A DNA stretch of 64,000 nucleotides from an uncultured Bacteroidales bacterium (lineage in GTDB: Bacteria > Bacteroidota > Bacteroidia > Bacteroidales > ML635J-15), in the NCBI GenBank assembly GCA_964418565.1, contig CAYQMB010000002.1:1993-65992 (forward strand), written 5' to 3'. Numbering within the stretch: the stretch's first letter is position 1; each line of letters opens with the position of its first letter. Of the stretch, positions 8,884 through 19,900 are shown piece after piece. The notes beneath the pieces are model-generated. The model searched no databases. It was not told the origin of the DNA and saw nothing but the letters and a program-made list of their open reading frames with translations. A program made the translations under genes and the position numbers.

Positions 8884-11016
8884 ATGGGTAACAAAATAAA
8901 AAAGAACGAAAATCAAATCAATAAACCTGCACTAAAGAAACAAATAAAGGATGCCTTTAGCTATAATCCAAAACGCAGCCTGAATTACAAGCAAGTTTCC
9001 AAATTGCTTGAGATATATGATAAACAAACCCGCAAACTCATCGGGATGGTACTGGAGGAAATGAAAAATGAAGGCAGCCTGATTGAAGTACACCCGGGAA
9101 AATACAAAATTAAATCCCGCGCCGGCTATATTACCGGCAAGGTTAAAATCACACGCAAAGGATTTGCAACCATACTCACATCTGATGTTGACGAAGAGGT
9201 GATTGTAACATGGAAAAATCTGAGTTCTGCCCTTCACGGGGATGTTGTAAAGGTGAAATTGTTTGCCAAACGCAAAGGGTTTTCTTTCGAGGGCGAAGTT
9301 GTTGACATACTCGAACGCCGCAAAGAACGCTTTGTAGGTGTTATTGAGCGTGGTAAGAATTTTGCCTTTCTCATACCTGATGGAAAGTTTATTCCTTTTG
9401 ATATTTTTATTCCCCCGGGGGAACTTGAAGGGGCCACAAACGGGGATAAAGCCATCGTGAAGATCACACGCTGGCCTTCCCGTTCCAAAAGTCCGGAAGG
9501 AAAGGTCATAGAAGTTCTTGGCGCTCCCGGCGAAAACGATGTGGAAATGCATTCCATCCTTGCCGAGTATGATCTGCCACTTAGATTCCCAAAACATATA
9601 GACGAGGAAGCCGGCAGGATTCCGGATAAAATTACCCAACAGGAAATAAAAAAGCGGAAGGATTACCGAAACATCCCGACATTTACCATTGACCCTGCCG
9701 ATGCAAAAGACTTTGATGATGCCCTGTCCTTGCAGAAAACCAATAACGGCCTGTGGGAAGTTGGCGTTCACATTGCTGATGTCACGCATTACTTGAGTGA
9801 AAACTCCACGCTAAACGAAGAAGCAGAAAACCGTGCAACCTCGGTATATCTTGTTGACCGCGTGGTACCCATGTTGCCGGAACGCTTGTCAAACGAGTTA
9901 TGTTCATTGCGCCCCAATGAGGACAAATTGTGTTACGCTGTTCTTCTGAAAATGGATGAAAATGCAGAAGTAACGGATTATAAAATCAGCCGCACAATCA
10001 TCAACAGTGACAAGCGATTCACCTACGATGATGCTCAGGCCATGATTGAAGGACAACAAGGGCAGTTGTCCGGTGAAATCACCCATCTAAACAAGCTGGC
10101 GGAAAAGCTTCGTGAGAAACGGTACAAAAACGGCGCATTCAATTTTGAACGCGATGAGGTAAAGTTTGAACTGGATGACAAAAAGAAACCCGTTGGCGTA
10201 TATTTCAAAAGCATGAAGGAAGCCAACTGGCTGATTGAGGAATTCATGCTTCTGGCTAACCGCAAGGTAGCCGAATTCATCGGGAAGGAGAAAAAAGAAC
10301 ACCTTACCTTTGTATACAGGATTCATGACGAGCCCCATCCGGATAAAGTCATGTCCTTTGCCGGCTTCATTAAAAAATTTGGTTACAAAATATCAGGCAA
10401 AAGCACACAAAACCTTTCTGCCTCCATGAACAACCTGCTGAAAAAAGTACGGGGAAAACCAGAACAACATGTGATTGAAAATCTGGCAATCCGCTCCATG
10501 GCCAAGGCAGAATACTCTACACAAAACATTGGTCATTACGGATTATCCTTTGATTATTACACGCATTTCACATCACCCATTCGCCGTTACCCCGATATGA
10601 TGGTGCATCGACTGCTGACACGCTACCTGAACAACAAACCCAGTGCGAACCGGGAGCATTACGAAGCCATGTGCGAACACAGCAGCGAAATGGAACAAAA
10701 AGCGGTCAGCGCTGAACGATCTTCTGTAAAATTCAAACAGGCAGAGTACCTCAAAGAAAGAATCGGAGAAACCTACGAGGGCATTATTTCCGGTGTTAAA
10801 GAGTGGGGCTTCTTTGTTGAGATAAAAGAAAACGGTTGCGAAGGCCTCGTCTCGGTAAAAAATCTTAATGATGACTTTTATTATTATGATGAAGACAATT
10901 ACCGCCTGACCGGAAAGTACGAAGGCCGTAATTTTATGCTCGGGGATACTGTAAACGTTAAAATCACCCGGGTGGATGTGTTGAAAAAACAGGTAGACAT
11001 GGCACTGAGTGAATAA
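8884..11016 (+). CDS. rnr: Ribonuclease R
   Basis: N-terminal HTH/cold-shock-like region, RNB catalytic domain ('IDPADAKDFDDAL', 'VYLVDRVVPMLPE', 'HYGLSFDYYTHFTSPIRRYPDMMVHR') and a C-terminal S1 domain. I prefer ATG 8884 ('MGNKIKK'); the track starts the ORF at 8824. Confidence 0.93.
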   Translation: MGNKIKKNENQINKPALKKQIKDAFSYNPKRSLNYKQVSKLLEIYDKQTRKLIGMVLEEMKNEGSLIEVHPGKYKIKSRAGYITGKVKITRKGFATILTSDVDEEVIVTWKNLSSALHGDVVKVKLFAKRKGFSFEGEVVDILERRKERFVGVIERGKNFAFLIPDGKFIPFDIFIPPGELEGATNGDKAIVKITRWPSRSKSPEGKVIEVLGAPGENDVEMHSILAEYDLPLRFPKHIDEEAGRIPDKITQQEIKKRKDYRNIPTFTIDPADAKDFDDALSLQKTNNGLWEVGVHIADVTHYLSENSTLNEEAENRATSVYLVDRVVPMLPERLSNELCSLRPNEDKLCYAVLLKMDENAEVTDYKISRTIINSDKRFTYDDAQAMIEGQQGQLSGEITHLNKLAEKLREKRYKNGAFNFERDEVKFELDDKKKPVGVYFKSMKEANWLIEEFMLLANRKVAEFIGKEKKEHLTFVYRIHDEPHPDKVMSFAGFIKKFGYKISGKSTQNLSASMNNLLKKVRGKPEQHVIENLAIRSMAKAEYSTQNIGHYGLSFDYYTHFTSPIRRYPDMMVHRLLTRYLNNKPSANREHYEAMCEHSSEMEQKAVSAERSSVKFKQAEYLKERIGETYEGIISGVKEWGFFVEIKENGCEGLVSVKNLNDDFYYYDEDNYRLTGKYEGRNFMLGDTVNVKITRVDVLKKQVDMALSE

Positions 11017-11034
11017 AAAGCGTTTGCAACCTGC

Positions 11035-11065
11035 GGTAACAGAATAATGCATTTTTGTTACCTTT
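11035..11065 (+). terminator. Weak hairpin after rnr
   Basis: GGTAACA (11035-11041) / TGTTACC (11056-11062) with a 14-nt loop, followed by TTT. The stem is short and it overlaps the next promoter box. Confidence 0.3.
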
Positions 11066-11066
11066 G
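11059..11066 (+). promoter_or_regulatory. Bacteroidota-type -7 promoter box (TACCTTTG)
   Basis: Matches TAnnTTTG 15 nt upstream of ATG 11082. This argues against the TTG start at 11055 used in the track. Confidence 0.45.
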
Positions 11067-11081
11067 CATAAGCAAACAACT

Positions 11082-11642
11082 ATGAAACGCACACTTGCCA
11101 TCATATTGTGTTTGGTATTCCTTTCCACATTGTGTGGATATTTGGTAGTATTCAAAACGCTCCGGCATCAAATAAAAAAGGAACAACGGCAACTGCTCCT
11201 GTCAGGCATACCAGCCTCCCAGGTTGAAATCATGGCTGTACCCATTTGTGACATTCATCACGGACGCAACTTTGAACGTGTAAAAGACTGGGAAATCTGT
11301 TATAATGAATGCATGTTCGACTTTTTTAGGGAAGTACAAACTCAGGATACCGTGTATTTTTATGGCATTACAGACCACAAGGAAAACAAACTGCTCGCCA
11401 GGCTTAAAAAAGATATAAAAAACCACAAAGCACCGCTTGCACCCGACGCCAAAGCATCACGGCTTTTAAAACAGTTGCATCAATTGACTTTCCTCCTACA
11501 AAGAGAAAACATTAATACCATCCAGCCATGGTCTGTACTTAATCCACCCACCAATGCAGAAACACCTGTATTCAGACCACACAGGCCGGAAACACCACCC
11601 CCAAAACATGAATACGACATACAGGCAGTGGTTTCTGCATGA
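11082..11642 (+). CDS. Hypothetical membrane-anchored protein
   Basis: Single N-terminal hydrophobic segment (MKRTLAIILCLVFLSTLCGYLVVF) and a Pro-rich C-terminus. I recognise no motif. Confidence 0.6.
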   Translation: MKRTLAIILCLVFLSTLCGYLVVFKTLRHQIKKEQRQLLLSGIPASQVEIMAVPICDIHHGRNFERVKDWEICYNECMFDFFREVQTQDTVYFYGITDHKENKLLARLKKDIKNHKAPLAPDAKASRLLKQLHQLTFLLQRENINTIQPWSVLNPPTNAETPVFRPHRPETPPPKHEYDIQAVVSA

Positions 11643-11694
11643 TTTTTGCATGCAGATAGAATTCTATTGTTACAATTAAATCACAATAAAAACA

Positions 11695-14157
11695 ATGATG
11701 AAAAAAATTATCACTGTGTTTTTTGTGTTGATTTCTATAAGCAACGCAACAGCACAAACCATACATGTATTTGATAAAACAAGCGGGACCCCCATTTCCG
11801 ATGTTGGCATTGTCAATTTCAGTGAGTCCCACGCTACCATTACGGACGAAAATGGCAATGCATCCATGAGGGGTTTTTCCGCAAAAGACAGCATCCTGTT
11901 CCAGCATACCTCGTATCAAAGTATAATGCTCACTGTTAAAGAGCTTGAGGCGCTGGATTACAAGGTTGCAATGTATCCCAGTGTTATTCGTCTGGCAGAA
12001 ACAGTAATTTCGGCCAATCGCTGGGAACAGAAACGTAAAGAAGTCCCGATGAAAATTGAGGTTTTATCCCCGGATGAAATCAGTAAGATGGAGGCTCAGA
12101 CAAGCGCTGACATGCTTTCAGGCAGTGGGCATGTATTTGTTCAAAAATCGCAACTCGGGGGTGGATCTCCCATGATCAGAGGCTTTGCCACAAACAAAGT
12201 ACTGCTGGTTTTTGACGGCATACGCATGAACAATGCCATTTTCAGGCATGGGAATCTGCAAAATGTGCTTTCAGTTGACCCCAATGCCCTGGAAAGCAGC
12301 GAGGTGATTTTTGGCCCGGGCTCTGTCATTTACGGCAGCGATGCCATTGGTGGAGTCATGGATTTTCATTCCTACACACCACAGTTTTCCGATACGGACG
12401 AACCACTGATTACCGGACACAGCTTATTGCGTTACAATTCGGGTAACAATGGAAAAACCGGCCATTTTGACGTTAATCTGGCTGGCAAAAAATTTTCCTC
12501 GTTTACCAGTGTGTCCTATTCAGATTTTGGTGATGTCAGGATGGGCCATAACGGGCTTTCAGATGAGCTTGAATCAGGTTACCTGAGAAACAATTATGCT
12601 ATCCGGGAAAATGGGGGCGATTCTGTGGTGGCCAATTACGATCCGTATCTGGCCAGAGGCAGCGGTTTCAATCAGACGCATCTGTTGCAGAAATTTGCAT
12701 TAAAGCTGAATGAAACCAGTAGCCTGCAGTACAATTTTTATTACAGTTCCACATCGGATATCCCCCGCTACGACCGTCTGATACAAAAATCCGGCAATCA
12801 GCTTAAATACGCTGAGTGGTATTATGGCCCTCAAACATGGATGGCGCACAGCCTGAAATTTGAGAGCCATAAAGGTCGTAAACTGTGGGATGATTTTAAA
12901 GTACAGGCTTCTTTTCAGGATTATAAGGAAAGTCGGCACGATCGGAAACTGGGATCAGATTGGTTGCGCCACCGGAATGAGAACGTGAAAATTCTCAGTC
13001 TGAACGCAGATGCTTTTAAAGCACTGACCAGCAAGCACGCTGTATTCTTCGGGCTTGAAGGCAGCATGAGCAAGGTGTTTTCTGATGCGTACCAGGAGCA
13101 TATTGAGTCTGATGCAGAAGAAACTGTAGCAAGCCGTTATCCCAACAACTCAGACTACAGCCATGCAGCCTTATATGGTAGTTATCGTTACCTTATGAAT
13201 GCAGACTGGACGTTTACCGCCGGCGCCAGATTGAATGCTGTGTATGCATTTTCGCCGTTTGAGCAACATTTCTACGATTTTCCGTTTTCAAAAATCGAAA
13301 TGAACACACTAGCTCCCAATGTCATGACGGGCATGGCCTGGAGTCCGCATGACAAGTTGCGCATCACCGCAAATCTAAGCACCGGTTTCAGAGCACCCAA
13401 TATTGATGATCTGGGCAAGGTGTTTGACTCTGAACCAGGATCCGTAGTTGTTCCAAACAACGATCTGGAGCCCGAATACGCATACAACGCAGATGTGAAC
13501 ATCAGCAAAATGCTGGGCGAAGTATTGCGGGTTGAAGCAGGTGGCTTTTACACTTTGCTGGACAACGCTATGGCACGAGCCGATTTTAGTTTTGATGGCC
13601 GTGACAGCATTGTATACGACGGCACCCTATCACAGGTACAGGCCATACAAAACATTGGCCGTGTTGATGTTTACGGAATCAATGCGGGGCTGTATGCCGA
13701 TCTGGATAAAAACATCACCTTGAAATCTCTTTTCACATGGATACAGGGACAGGATCAGGATGGCAACCCGTACCGCCACGTACCACCAGCCTATGGCAGC
13801 ACACACCTGATGTACAGAGCAGGTCAGATCAGTGCAGATTTGTATGCGGCATACAACGGCCGGATTTCTCCCGACAAACTGAGCCCGGAGGAACATGGTA
13901 AAGATCATATGTATGCCGTGGATGCGGCATATGCCGATGCACAGATCAATCTTCCCGAAGATGAACAATTTAATCCGAAAGGCCTGTATGCACCGGCCTG
14001 GTATACACTGAACCTGAAAGTCAGGTATGCGCTTAATGAAAGTCTGATTTTTTCCGCTGGTGTGGAAAACCTGACAGATCAGTTGTATAGGCCATATTCT
14101 TCAGGAATTCCTGCCATGGGCAGAAGTTTCATATTATCTTTGCGTGGTAATTTTTAA
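11695..14157 (+). CDS. TonB-dependent receptor
   Basis: Signal peptide, a carboxypeptidase-regulatory-like N-domain, plug motifs 'GGGSPMIRGF', 'DGIRMNN' and 'EVIFGPGSVIYGSDAIGGVMDF', a long beta-barrel, and a terminal aromatic residue ('SLRGNF'). Confidence 0.9.
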   Translation: MMKKIITVFFVLISISNATAQTIHVFDKTSGTPISDVGIVNFSESHATITDENGNASMRGFSAKDSILFQHTSYQSIMLTVKELEALDYKVAMYPSVIRLAETVISANRWEQKRKEVPMKIEVLSPDEISKMEAQTSADMLSGSGHVFVQKSQLGGGSPMIRGFATNKVLLVFDGIRMNNAIFRHGNLQNVLSVDPNALESSEVIFGPGSVIYGSDAIGGVMDFHSYTPQFSDTDEPLITGHSLLRYNSGNNGKTGHFDVNLAGKKFSSFTSVSYSDFGDVRMGHNGLSDELESGYLRNNYAIRENGGDSVVANYDPYLARGSGFNQTHLLQKFALKLNETSSLQYNFYYSSTSDIPRYDRLIQKSGNQLKYAEWYYGPQTWMAHSLKFESHKGRKLWDDFKVQASFQDYKESRHDRKLGSDWLRHRNENVKILSLNADAFKALTSKHAVFFGLEGSMSKVFSDAYQEHIESDAEETVASRYPNNSDYSHAALYGSYRYLMNADWTFTAGARLNAVYAFSPFEQHFYDFPFSKIEMNTLAPNVMTGMAWSPHDKLRITANLSTGFRAPNIDDLGKVFDSEPGSVVVPNNDLEPEYAYNADVNISKMLGEVLRVEAGGFYTLLDNAMARADFSFDGRDSIVYDGTLSQVQAIQNIGRVDVYGINAGLYADLDKNITLKSLFTWIQGQDQDGNPYRHVPPAYGSTHLMYRAGQISADLYAAYNGRISPDKLSPEEHGKDHMYAVDAAYADAQINLPEDEQFNPKGLYAPAWYTLNLKVRYALNESLIFSAGVENLTDQLYRPYSSGIPAMGRSFILSLRGNF

Positions 14158-14176
14158 GCGTCTGAATTAAAAAACA

Positions 14177-15436
14177 ATGGCAAAAACGGCACTGTATATT
14201 GGCTTGGTTGCGATGTTGATGATGTCTTTTTCACATCCTGACGGTGATGAAGATGCATCAGAGCATAAAAACAAGCAGTCATACCACATAACGGAGCACA
14301 GGGGAAAACATCTTGGCGTTATGGTATGGCAGCACCAATCGCGCACAAATGCATTGATTGCAGCCCGGCTGTCAGATAACAACACTGACAGTCAGTTTTC
14401 CGCTGAAGAAGCTGCGAACAATGATTCTCTGATCCGTACACGCCTTGAAAAGCTATCGGAAAGAAGAGAAATTCCCATGAGTTTTACCCCCGCGGTAAAA
14501 TCTTACATCCGGAAATACGCCATAGAAAATCCGGAAAAGGTGTCGGCCATTCTGGGCAGATCAGCTTATTATTACCCCATTTTTGATCATTACTTACATA
14601 CACACGGGCTGCCGCCGGAGATCAAGCACCTGGCTGCAGTAGAATCAGCCCTTGATCCAAACGCTGTATCATCAAGCGGCGCTGTAGGCTTATGGCAATT
14701 TTTGCCGGGATCTGCAGGTTTATTTGATTTGCGCATGGATGCCTGGCTGGACGAACGCCGGGATGTTTACAAATCCACGGAGGCAGCCTGTGAGTATGTA
14801 TCGTATTTGTATCGTATTTTCAACGACTGGCATCTGGCACTGGCCGCTTACAACGGCGGTCCCGGAGCTGTTGAGAAAGCCATAGCACGCGCCGGAGGTG
14901 AAACAAATTACTGGAAATTGCGCCCCCATATGAGCAAGCAGATGAAAATATATGTACCGGCGTTTATTGCTATGAATTATGTATTGGCTTACCATAAAGA
15001 TTTTGGTATTGAAGCAGCCGTACCATCAGTTCATTATCATCAGACAGATACAGTGCATGTCACACAGAAAGTATATCTGGACAGGATTTCAGAAGTCCTG
15101 AACGTTGATCCGGCAATTATCCGCGACCTAAATCCGGTATACAGGAAAGCGGTTATTCCTGAAAGTAAAAATGGCTACCCCTTGGTTTTACCGGGCTCAC
15201 TCAGCATCGGTTACATTTTAAATAAGGATAAAATCACAGATATCACCCCGAAAAAGACCGGGTCACCGACGCAAGGAGATAAAAAACGCATCGAATATGT
15301 GGTTAAAAAGGGGGACAGCCTGCATAAAATCGCCATACGCTACCATTGCACCATAGATGAGATCAGGCGATGGAACAAATTGCCTGAAAACCACCCGCTG
15401 CGGTACGATGAACGGCTGATATTGCATGTCAGGTAG
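14177..15436 (+). CDS. Lytic murein transglycosylase (MltD-like SLT domain) with a C-terminal LysM domain
   Basis: SLT motif 'LAAVESALDPNAVSSSGAVGLWQF' and 'AAYNGGPGAV'. C-terminal LysM 'YVVKKGDSLHKIAIRYHCTIDEIRRWNKL'. Confidence 0.88.
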   Translation: MAKTALYIGLVAMLMMSFSHPDGDEDASEHKNKQSYHITEHRGKHLGVMVWQHQSRTNALIAARLSDNNTDSQFSAEEAANNDSLIRTRLEKLSERREIPMSFTPAVKSYIRKYAIENPEKVSAILGRSAYYYPIFDHYLHTHGLPPEIKHLAAVESALDPNAVSSSGAVGLWQFLPGSAGLFDLRMDAWLDERRDVYKSTEAACEYVSYLYRIFNDWHLALAAYNGGPGAVEKAIARAGGETNYWKLRPHMSKQMKIYVPAFIAMNYVLAYHKDFGIEAAVPSVHYHQTDTVHVTQKVYLDRISEVLNVDPAIIRDLNPVYRKAVIPESKNGYPLVLPGSLSIGYILNKDKITDITPKKTGSPTQGDKKRIEYVVKKGDSLHKIAIRYHCTIDEIRRWNKLPENHPLRYDERLILHVR

Positions 15437-15439
15437 CAG

Positions 15440-15835
15440 TTAATTTTCTGCTTCGTTATTTCTGTTAATCAGTTTCCCGATTTTATACAGCATATCCTGC
15501 CGGCTAATGGGCTTCATCAGGTAATCGTCGCAACCTTTTTCCATCATCTCCTGAATCTGTGTCTCCAGTATGCTGGCGGTCTGTACGATTATGGGTATTT
15601 CAGGATGCTGAGATTTCATCATTTCTGTCAACTGAATACCATTTACCTCGGGCAATTGAACATCCATCAGCACAATATCCGGAATTTCTTCATCAAACAT
15701 ATCCATGACTTCGGAACCGTTGCTGGCATGAATTATTTCAATACCGGTTTTATTGAGGAATACCTTTAATAACTGATAATTTACAGGATCATCCTCAACA
15801 ATAAGAACCTTATATTTTGACCAATCGTGTTTCAC
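15440..15835 (-). CDS. Stand-alone response regulator receiver (CheY-like) protein
   Basis: A 131-aa REC domain with acidic pocket 'VLIVEDD', phospho-acceptor context 'DIVLMDVQLP', and 'PIIVQTAS' / 'KP'. There is no output domain. Confidence 0.9.
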   Translation of the reverse strand: MKHDWSKYKVLIVEDDPVNYQLLKVFLNKTGIEIIHASNGSEVMDMFDEEIPDIVLMDVQLPEVNGIQLTEMMKSQHPEIPIIVQTASILETQIQEMMEKGCDDYLMKPISRQDMLYKIGKLINRNNEAEN

Positions 15836-16000
15836 TTTTTCTCCTGTTGTTTATTAAAAATCACTATGTTGTGGTTTACTTCTCTCCTATTCCTATTGCA
15901 ATAAACTCATTGTCTTTCATTCTATTATATCGCCACCATGCAAATTATACGATGCACTGATTTTCCCCTTATATTACGCATCGATCACCTATAACGAACA

Positions 16001-16819
16001 TCAATAAGATTGCAGCAAATCCGGCAGCTCCCTGATAAACTCATCATAAGACTCACTGGCTGCTTTATTCCGCAGTGCATCCACCCAATCGCCATACATG
16101 GGATTGGGTAAAATGATAAATTCAGAGCCGAGAATATTTTTATTCTTTTTCAGGGTATTTTTTCCATACTGATCTTCGCGTTCACCCATAAAATCACTGT
16201 AATCATTGAGATTATCACCAATCAGTAAAATAATATCATGGGAATTTTTAACGATATTTCTGCGTGCTGTTTTGTCGCTGGTTTCAGATTTCAATAAAAT
16301 GTGTTCTTTTTCTACAGTTGGGAACCCGAGTTCTTTCATGTTTTCCATGGTTGCTTCCAGTTCATTTGTCCGTCGATTTGAAATGTAAAATATATCAACA
16401 TCCATCTGCACTGCATAGTTCAGAAAGTCTAATGCGCCCGGCAATGCATCAGCAGCGGCTTTATCTGTCCACTCCTTCCAGAATTCAGGAGAATAAGGCT
16501 TGCCTGTACGTATCATTTTCACCTGAAACGGACTGTTATCCAGCAGGGTTTCATCAATATCCAGCACAACTGCATTGGGTTTTTCAGAATCATCCGATTC
16601 CACGTGTTTCTCAAGCGCCAGTTTAGCATGTTTAAAAGCCTGGTAATAACAGGCTTGCATTTCTGCTGATTGCTGGTACCATGCGGTGGCCATCACAAGG
16701 TGTTGGTTTGAGATTTCATTATCATCTGTTTTCTCAGAAACAGGTTGTTCCTTTTCCGACTGACAAGCAACAAACATAACTGTCAGTATCACAGCAACCA
16801 TCAGGCTTTTATTATCCAT
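16001..16819 (-). CDS. Class C acid phosphatase / 5'-nucleotidase, lipoprotein e(P4) family
   Basis: Lipobox 'MFVAC'. HAD motifs 'VVLDIDETLLDNSP' and 'LLIGDNLNDY', typical of the e(P4) family. Confidence 0.88.
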   Translation of the reverse strand: MDNKSLMVAVILTVMFVACQSEKEQPVSEKTDDNEISNQHLVMATAWYQQSAEMQACYYQAFKHAKLALEKHVESDDSEKPNAVVLDIDETLLDNSPFQVKMIRTGKPYSPEFWKEWTDKAAADALPGALDFLNYAVQMDVDIFYISNRRTNELEATMENMKELGFPTVEKEHILLKSETSDKTARRNIVKNSHDIILLIGDNLNDYSDFMGEREDQYGKNTLKKNKNILGSEFIILPNPMYGDWVDALRNKAASESYDEFIRELPDLLQSY

Positions 16820-16925
16820 TTTTATGCATATTGATTTAAAAGCTAAAGTAAGAAATTAATCACAATAATTATAACGAATTGGCAAAATTTTATTAACCTT
16901 GTAACAACACCAATTTCATAGTTTT

Positions 16926-19900
16926 ATGAAACCTATCCGACTTTATATTTCTGTATTGTTACTTTTATCACTTTCACTACCCGAAACGCTACATGCAGGG
17001 CCCGGCGACACAACACGAATACAAACCTTCACATTTGACAGCATATCAACACGCAGGGCCTGGTTTCAATTTCCTGATTCCGGTCAAAGCTGGAATAAAA
17101 TCCTCATGTATTATACGATAAAATGTGATCCGCAAACCCCTTATGATGGATACGAGTGTGGTGAATGGGATTATACCACATTCACACATGTGCATGACCA
17201 TACCGGCATCATTGACAGCACAGCTACATCTCACCCGGGATTCCTGGCGAATGGAGAAAGTCCGGATAGCCTTTTGTATGTAAACACTCCTCTATATCAC
17301 ACCTTTGCATATCCACAAACTGCTTACCACATTACAGACACAAACAGTCTGAATCAATATGAGGCCGGCACAGGAAGCACCCAGCTAGGGCTAAGCAGTG
17401 GCGAAAATGCCAGAACACTGATGCTATATACGGCTGCAGAGTTAAATGCGCTGGGGCTAACTCCTGGTACCATTAACGCACTTACATTTAAGCTTACACA
17501 TGCCGGGGTATCATTTCGTCGTTTAAAAATCCGGATGCAGCACAGCTCTGAAACCTCCTTTTCTCCGGCTTTTTCAGACACGCTCAACCTGACAACGGCG
17601 TTTAATGCTCCTGTGAGTTCTGATGCCGGGGGCAATGTACATTGTCTTTTGTATCCTGCTTTTACCTGGGACGGAAGCTCATCCTTACTGATAGAGTTAT
17701 CGTATGAAGACCCCTCTCAGGCAGTTATTGCCGAAGCAGATGATCCCGGCGATCAAATGACAGCCCTCTTTAATGATGCAGACGCCTGTCTGTCATTTGA
17801 AGGCCCGGATTATCTAGAAGTCCCGGCCGATGCTTTTACAGAAACAGACCAATCAATAACACTAAGCATGTGGGTACACGGCAATCCTGATTACCAACCA
17901 CAGGATGACATGCTATTTGAAGCTAAGGACTCCGCCGGGAACCGGATTCTCAATGTACATTTACCATGGAGCAATGGAAATGTATACTGGGATGCGGGCT
18001 ATAGCAACGGCTCATACGACCGTATTGACAAAGCAGCCGACCAATCAGTGTATGCAGGTAGCTGGAATCACTGGGCTTTTGTTAAAGATGCCTCAACAGG
18101 AACAATGGAAATTTACCTCAACGGTGATTTATGGCATTCCGGTACTGGCAACACCAAAAGCATGGAGGGGATTACACGCTTTGTGCTTGGAGGCGATAAA
18201 AACACATCCCCGAATCGGTCTTACGATGGCAAAATAGATGAATTCAGGGTCTGGAATACAGCACTTGACCAGCAAACAATACAAGACTATATGTTTGTTG
18301 AGTGCAGCAGCAGCCATCCCGACTGGGATAATCTCGCTGTTTATTATCCCATGAACAACCTGACTGACGGAGTATGCGAAGATGCCTCCCCACACAATAA
18401 CAACGGATACGCCATTGGCATGCCTCAACCTGAAACCTATCATGGCTGGGGGCTGAGAAAAGCCATGACGATTTTAAATTTCCGGCCATATACGGTTTTT
18501 GAACAAGCCGGTTTCGTTCAGTCCGATACATGCATTTACCATACCGATTCTGTTCCTGCTGAACAGATTTGCCTGATCTCACGGAACATCGTTGACAATG
18601 AGCTTATCAATATGGATACTAGTTATGTATGGGAAGCAGGATGGTCATACAGCTTTGATCCCCAGACAGGAGAAAAAGCTGATTCTTCTTATTCCGGTTT
18701 TGATGATATTATACATCAGTACGAGCTTGTAACCTACAGCAATCCTTTTGAAATTGTCAACACCATTCAGATGCAGAATTTTGTAACACCTTATGGCATC
18801 AATCTTGATCTTAACGGCGGATTTACATGGGTTTATGATGTCACAGATTACGCAATGTTTTTGCATGATTCTGTAGATTTACAGGCTCATAACACACAGG
18901 AGCTACTTGACCTTGAGTTTGCCTTTATAGAAGGACAACCTCCCAGGGATATCGTGGATTTTTCACAAATCTGGCGGGGCAATTACGGGCATCATGCCAT
19001 TGCCACGGATGAAGCCCTTCCTGCAAAAAAGCATCAGTTACATGCCAATGCAGATCAAGTTATTGTACGTACGCGCACTACAGGGCATGGCATGGCAGGG
19101 GATTACGCTTGTGCCGAATTTTGCCCCACTACCCATCATCTGGATATCAATGGCACAGAAGTAAGCAGTTGGCAAAACTGGACTGAATGCGCAGACAACC
19201 CCATATACCCACAGGGAGGAACCTGGATTTTTGATCGTGCCGGCTGGTGTCCCGGCAAATTTGCAGACACGTACAACTGGGATGTTACCGACTACCTCAC
19301 ACCAGGCGATTCGGCCAGCATTGATTACGGAATGACACAATATCCCGGCAGTGATGGCGGCGGCAATTATCATGTTGCAGTTCAGTGCATAGAATACGGG
19401 GCTCCAAACTATACCCATGAAGCTGCCATAACAAACATCATAAAACCTTCAGATGCTGACCCACACAGCCGTTTTAATCCGGCATGCGCTCAACCAGAAA
19501 TTGTCATCCGCAACGAGGGCAGCCAGACTATAAGCAACCTTGAAATACAATACGGGCTTGACGGCAACACAAATCACGCGTTCACGTGGACAGGCCAGCT
19601 GGAATTCATGGAAAAGGAACACGTTACATTACCAGCTATCGGCTGGGAAGAGATGCTGGACTCAAACGGTCAGTTTACAGCCAGGGTATCAGCTCCCAAT
19701 GGCAATCCGGATGAATACTCCGGAAACAATCAGATGAACACTTCATTTGAAATGGTTACTGTATATGATGTACCGATAATGCTAACGTATAAAACAAACA
19801 ATTACGGACTTGAAACCAGCTATGAAATCCGTAACGCATCAGGCGAGCTGGTAAAAGAAGTCAGCGGTTTGGATAACTCCACGACATATTATGACACACT

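Noticed and set aside
8932-9789. 285-aa ORF antisense to rnr
   Set aside because: It lies entirely inside a confidently identified RNase R gene on the opposite strand. Its composition is odd (F/N/I/K-rich, low complexity) and it has no motifs. This is a typical shadow ORF.
11643-11694. Riboswitch (for example cobalamin) upstream of the TonB-dependent receptor; likewise a SAM element upstream of the PLP enzyme at 52854..52879
   Set aside because: The intergenic spaces (52 nt and ~26 nt after the terminator) are far too short for these structured leaders.
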